Shown here piece after piece: positions 60,686-64,000 of a stretch of 64,000 nt of DNA. Position numbers and translations under genes: made by a program. Where the stretch lies: contig OZ244052.1 of the NCBI GenBank assembly GCA_965215125.1, positions 1,568,001-1,632,000 on the forward strand, given 5' to 3'. The notes below the pieces were generated by a model, which was given only the letters and a program-made list of their open reading frames with translations, had not been told where the DNA came from and did not search any database. The stretch comes from an uncultured candidatus Porisulfidus sp. GTDB lineage: Bacteria > Pseudomonadota > Gammaproteobacteria > Poriferisulfidales > Oxydemutatoraceae. Each line of letters begins with the position of its first letter. Positions within the stretch are counted from its first letter, which is position 1.

Positions 60686-62209
60686 ATGACGACACTTCGT
60701 TTGATATTGGGTGATCAGCTTTCGCACTCAATTACAAGTCTTGAAGGCTACGACTCGGCTAAGGACATCGTTCTGATGTGTGAAGTATGGGACGAGGCGA
60801 GCTATGTCAGGCATCACAAAAAGAAAATTGCTTTTCTTTTTTCCGCCATGCGTCATTTTGCAAAGTCGTTGGAAGCAAATGGGTACACGATTGAATATAC
60901 AAAACTTGATGATCCGAATAATGGGGGATCATTCGGCAATGAAGTTAAGCGTGCGCTCAAGCGGCATGATATTGAACGTATCGTAGTAACGCATCCGGGC
61001 GAATACCGTGTTCTGTCCGATATCAAACAGTGGGAGAACCGCTTTTCCGTTCCCGTTGAAATCAGGTCCGATTACCGATTTCTTTGCACTCCGGAAGATT
61101 TTTCCGAATGGGCAACGGGTCGTAATCAACTACGGATGGAGTATTTTTATCGGGAGATGAGAAAAAAATATCTTATTTTGATGGATAGCGATGAACCCAT
61201 CGGTGGAAAGTGGAATTATGATGCAGAAAACAGAAAACCTCCGAGAGAAGGACTGGATATTCCCCAGCCCTATACCGAAGATATAGACGACATAACCCGT
61301 GATGTGATGGCACTCATTGCAGAACGATTTTCCGACCATTTCGGTGATATTGAGCCTTTTTATCACGCCGTTACGCGTGATCAAGCTCTGCAAGCACTTG
61401 ACTTGTTTATTGAACAAAGGCTCGGTTATTTCGGTGATTATCAAGACGCAATGCTTGAAGGCGAACCGTGGATGTATCATTCGCATATCAGCTTCTATCT
61501 GAATTGTGGTTTGCTTTTAGCTCTTGAGTGTGTCAGAGCTGCGGAGGATGCTTACCATCAAGGAAAAGCACCACTCAATGCAGTAGAAGGGTTTATTCGC
61601 CAAATAGTCGGCTGGCGAGAATATGTACGCGGGGTTTATTGGCTGAAAATGCCCGATTATGCATTGCAAAACTTTTTTGAAGCCGAGCGTAATCTTCCCG
61701 ATTTTTACTGGACAGCCGACACTAAAATGAACTGTTTGGCTCAGTGTGTTTCGGGAACCAAAAAAAATGCTTATGCCCACCATATTCAGCGTTTAATGGT
61801 ATTGGGCAATTTTGCGCTACTTGCAGGGGTTGATCCTAAACAGGTCAATGAATGGTTCTTGATTGTCTACGCCGATGCCTATGAATGGGTTGAGCTACCT
61901 AATGTTTCAGGCATGATATTATTTGCCGACGGAGGTTACTTGGCCAGCAAGCCTTATGCTGCCGGCGGTTCTTACATAAATAAAATGTCCGATTACTGTA
62001 AAAATTGCAACTACAAAGTCACAAAGAAAAACGGACCCGATGCGTGTCCGTTTAATTATCTTTATTGGGATTTCTTGGCTCGTAATCGTGACAAACTTCA
62101 ATTTAATCATCGCATAGCCATGATGTACAAAACCTACGACCGAATGAATGAAGAGAAGAAAAAAGCCATCACCGATGAGAGCAGACAATTTCTGGATAGT
62201 CTTACATGA
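60686..62209 (+). CDS. FeS-BCP cryptochrome/(6-4) photolyase family protein
   Basis: LILGDQL, HHKKKI..FSAMRHFA, RMEYFYR.MR, EGFIRQIVGWREY, YAHHIQRLM, INKMSDYCKNC, ACPFN.LYW. Confidence 0.94.
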   Translation: MTTLRLILGDQLSHSITSLEGYDSAKDIVLMCEVWDEASYVRHHKKKIAFLFSAMRHFAKSLEANGYTIEYTKLDDPNNGGSFGNEVKRALKRHDIERIVVTHPGEYRVLSDIKQWENRFSVPVEIRSDYRFLCTPEDFSEWATGRNQLRMEYFYREMRKKYLILMDSDEPIGGKWNYDAENRKPPREGLDIPQPYTEDIDDITRDVMALIAERFSDHFGDIEPFYHAVTRDQALQALDLFIEQRLGYFGDYQDAMLEGEPWMYHSHISFYLNCGLLLALECVRAAEDAYHQGKAPLNAVEGFIRQIVGWREYVRGVYWLKMPDYALQNFFEAERNLPDFYWTADTKMNCLAQCVSGTKKNAYAHHIQRLMVLGNFALLAGVDPKQVNEWFLIVYADAYEWVELPNVSGMILFADGGYLASKPYAAGGSYINKMSDYCKNCNYKVTKKNGPDACPFNYLYWDFLARNRDKLQFNHRIAMMYKTYDRMNEEKKKAITDESRQFLDSLT

Positions 62210-62379
62210 AAAAAAAGTTTGATCTACCGACAAAAACATGCCCGGTATGTCGTCAACCTTTTAGATGGCGTAAGAAGTGGGAGAGGGTATGGCATGAAGT
62301 TAAGTATTGTTCAAAATCATGCGCTTCCCAAGCAAAAACACGGGACTATCGTGGTTCTGCACAACGTCACGCCGATTGA
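62206..62379 (+). CDS. DUF2256 small Cys-rich protein
   Basis: Not in ORF track. MKKKFDLPTKTCPVCRQPFRWRKKWERVWHEVKYCSKSC...RHAD*; ATGA overlap with the photolyase gene. Confidence 0.9.
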   Translation: MKKKFDLPTKTCPVCRQPFRWRKKWERVWHEVKYCSKSCASQAKTRDYRGSAQRHAD

Positions 62380-62757
62380 CCTACCGGCTCAATCGGCGGT
62401 TTTAGTGATATGAAAAGATTGGAGGTTATACTCATTCTGTTATAAAAAAATATCGGGTTTGCACGGCTCAATCGCTTTATACTTGTAAGGACAAGCCCTA
62501 GCTTGTCCGCCCTACACACTCATGTTAAGGTTCTGCACAACGTCACGCCGATTGACCTACCGGCTCAATCGGCGGTTTTACTGATATGAAAAGATTGGAG
62601 GTTATACTCATTCTGTTATAAAAAAATATCGGGTTTGCACGGCTCAATCGCTTTATACTTGTAAGGACAAGCCCTAGCTTGTCCGCCCTACACACTCATG
62701 TTAAGGTTCTGCACAACGTCACGCCGATTGACCTACCGGCTCAATCGGCGGTTTTAC
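62353..62757. repeat. Tandem array of 176-bp composite units (2.3 copies)
   Basis: GGTTCTGCACAACGTCACGCCGATTGACCTACCGGCTCAATCGGCGGTTTTA starts at 62353, 62529 and 62705; intervening DNA essentially identical. Confidence 0.97.
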
Positions 62758-64000
62758 TATGTACTACACTACTGATTGCACGAGTGAGTTGCGATAATTC
62801 ATCGGCGGTAATGATATAAGGTGGCATGATATAGACCAGATTTCTGAACGGTCTAATCCATACACCTTGTGCCACGAATGCCTTGCATAACATGGCTACA
62901 TCAACAGGCTTATGCAATTCAACGATACCGATTGCACCCATGACGCGCACCTCGTGTACCGAATCGTATTGCTTACAAGCATCAAGTTCGGATAAAAGTT
63001 GTTGCTCTATTGCCGAGATTTGTTGTTGCCATCTATTTTGCTTCAATAACTCTATATTAGCCGATGCAACCGCGCACGCAAGCGGGTTTGCCATATAAGT
63101 GGGTCCGTGCATAAAAGCTCCGGCTTCTCCCGAGTCTATGGTGTGGCTGATTGTTTCGGTTGTTATTGTGGATGCAATAGTAAGATAACCGGCACCTAGG
63201 GCTTTGCCGACGCAGATAATGTCCGGCACCACATCGGCATGTTGCAAAGCGAACATAGCCCCCGTTCTGCCGAACCCCGTCGCGATTTCATCAAAAATCA
63301 GCAGTACATCGTATTGACTGCAGAGTTCTCGGGCATGGCGCAAATAACTCGGATGGTATATATGCATTCCACCGGCACCTTGTACTATGGGCTCCAGTAT
63401 CATTGCAGCGATACTATCTGCGTGTTTTTCTAAAGTTTGTTCAAGTTCATCAACGGCATCTTTATCTTCGTATTCCCTATAGCGCGGTGCGGATACAAAA
63501 AATTGTCTGGGCAGGATATCCGAAAACAATCGGTGCATTCCGTTTTCCGGATCGCAAACCGACATTGCTGCAAAAGTGTCGCCGTGATAACCACCGCGAA
63601 TAGTCAACAATCGGGTTTTATTTTTCACTCCTTTGGCTTGCTGATATTGAAGAGCCATTTTAATCGCAGCTTCCACGGAGACCGAGCCTGAATCACAAAA
63701 AAAAATGCAGTCCAGAGATGAGGGCAGTAGTTCACACAGAACCTGTCCTAATTCGACCGCCACCGGATGCGTTAGACCACCGAACATCACATGCGCCATC
63801 TTGTCTAGCTGTGTTTGCAATGCCGTATTCAATCGGGGATGATTATAACCGTGGATTGCAGCCCACCATGACGACATGCCGTCTATGATTTGCCGCCCGT
63901 CGGCGAGCTTCAAATAAACACCATGTGCTTCTACCACCGGCCAAACTTCTGCTTCGCTGTGCAAAGCACTATACGGATGGCGTAGATGACGGCGATCAAA
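62741..64000 (-). CDS. bioA: Adenosylmethionine-8-amino-7-oxononanoate transaminase, start outside window
   Basis: FDRRHLRHPY at the edge, DGMSSWW, HVMFGG, DSGSVSVE, YHGDT, DEIATGFGRTG, MHGPTYMANP. Confidence 0.97.
   Translation of the reverse strand, partial: FDRRHLRHPYSALHSEAEVWPVVEAHGVYLKLADGRQIIDGMSSWWAAIHGYNHPRLNTALQTQLDKMAHVMFGGLTHPVAVELGQVLCELLPSSLDCIFFCDSGSVSVEAAIKMALQYQQAKGVKNKTRLLTIRGGYHGDTFAAMSVCDPENGMHRLFSDILPRQFFVSAPRYREYEDKDAVDELEQTLEKHADSIAAMILEPIVQGAGGMHIYHPSYLRHARELCSQYDVLLIFDEIATGFGRTGAMFALQHADVVPDIICVGKALGAGYLTIASTITTETISHTIDSGEAGAFMHGPTYMANPLACAVASANIELLKQNRWQQQISAIEQQLLSELDACKQYDSVHEVRVMGAIGIVELHKPVDVAMLCKAFVAQGVWIRPFRNLVYIMPPYIITADELSQLTRAISSVVHSKTAD

Noticed and set aside
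60082-62352. Prophage or integrative element at tRNA-Ser
   Set aside because: No integrase, phage genes or duplicated tRNA 3' end seen.
62219-62413. 64-aa ORF and other short ORFs containing LHNVTPIDLPAQSA (41607-41810, 53075-53332)
   Set aside because: These are translations of repeat family B; the real gene here is DUF2256 in another frame.
62353-62757. CRISPR array
   Set aside because: The sequences between palindromes are ~125 bp and identical rather than unique spacers; no cas genes.

Overview
Chromosomal window of a gammaproteobacterium (gene orders dapA-bamC, hflX-hflK-hflC-DUF2065-hisZ-purA, leuB-asd-fimV-truA, lysC-csrA-tRNA-Ser). It is mostly housekeeping genes (proS, leuABCD, fumC, acnA, glyA, ribD, cysG, msrPQ, bioA) with small accessory insertions: an AT-rich restriction-modification pair, a DUF2335 pair, a 2040-aa modular GLUG-repeat surface protein, an FGE-sulfatase/CLec protein, a DUF1640-like repeat protein and a photolyase islet after tRNA-Ser. 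Intergenic DNA is crowded with at least three palindromic repeat families (REP/BIME-like), which often sit at synteny breakpoints and sometimes supply stop codons. The most unusual object is a 588-bp element (59104-59691) carrying an internally deleted tnpB. It is bounded by ~21-bp terminal inverted repeats and a perfect 8-bp target-site duplication. These are DDE-transposon (IS1595-like) ends rather than the IS200/IS605 or IS607 ends normally found with TnpB. Also found by manual reading and absent from the ORF track: an SLT lipoprotein gene at the left edge, an IS1182-type MITE with a 4-bp TSD, a Leu-rich leuA leader peptide, a DUF2256 gene, and frameshifts in hflK and DUF2335. All family assignments come from motif recognition by eye; no searches were run.
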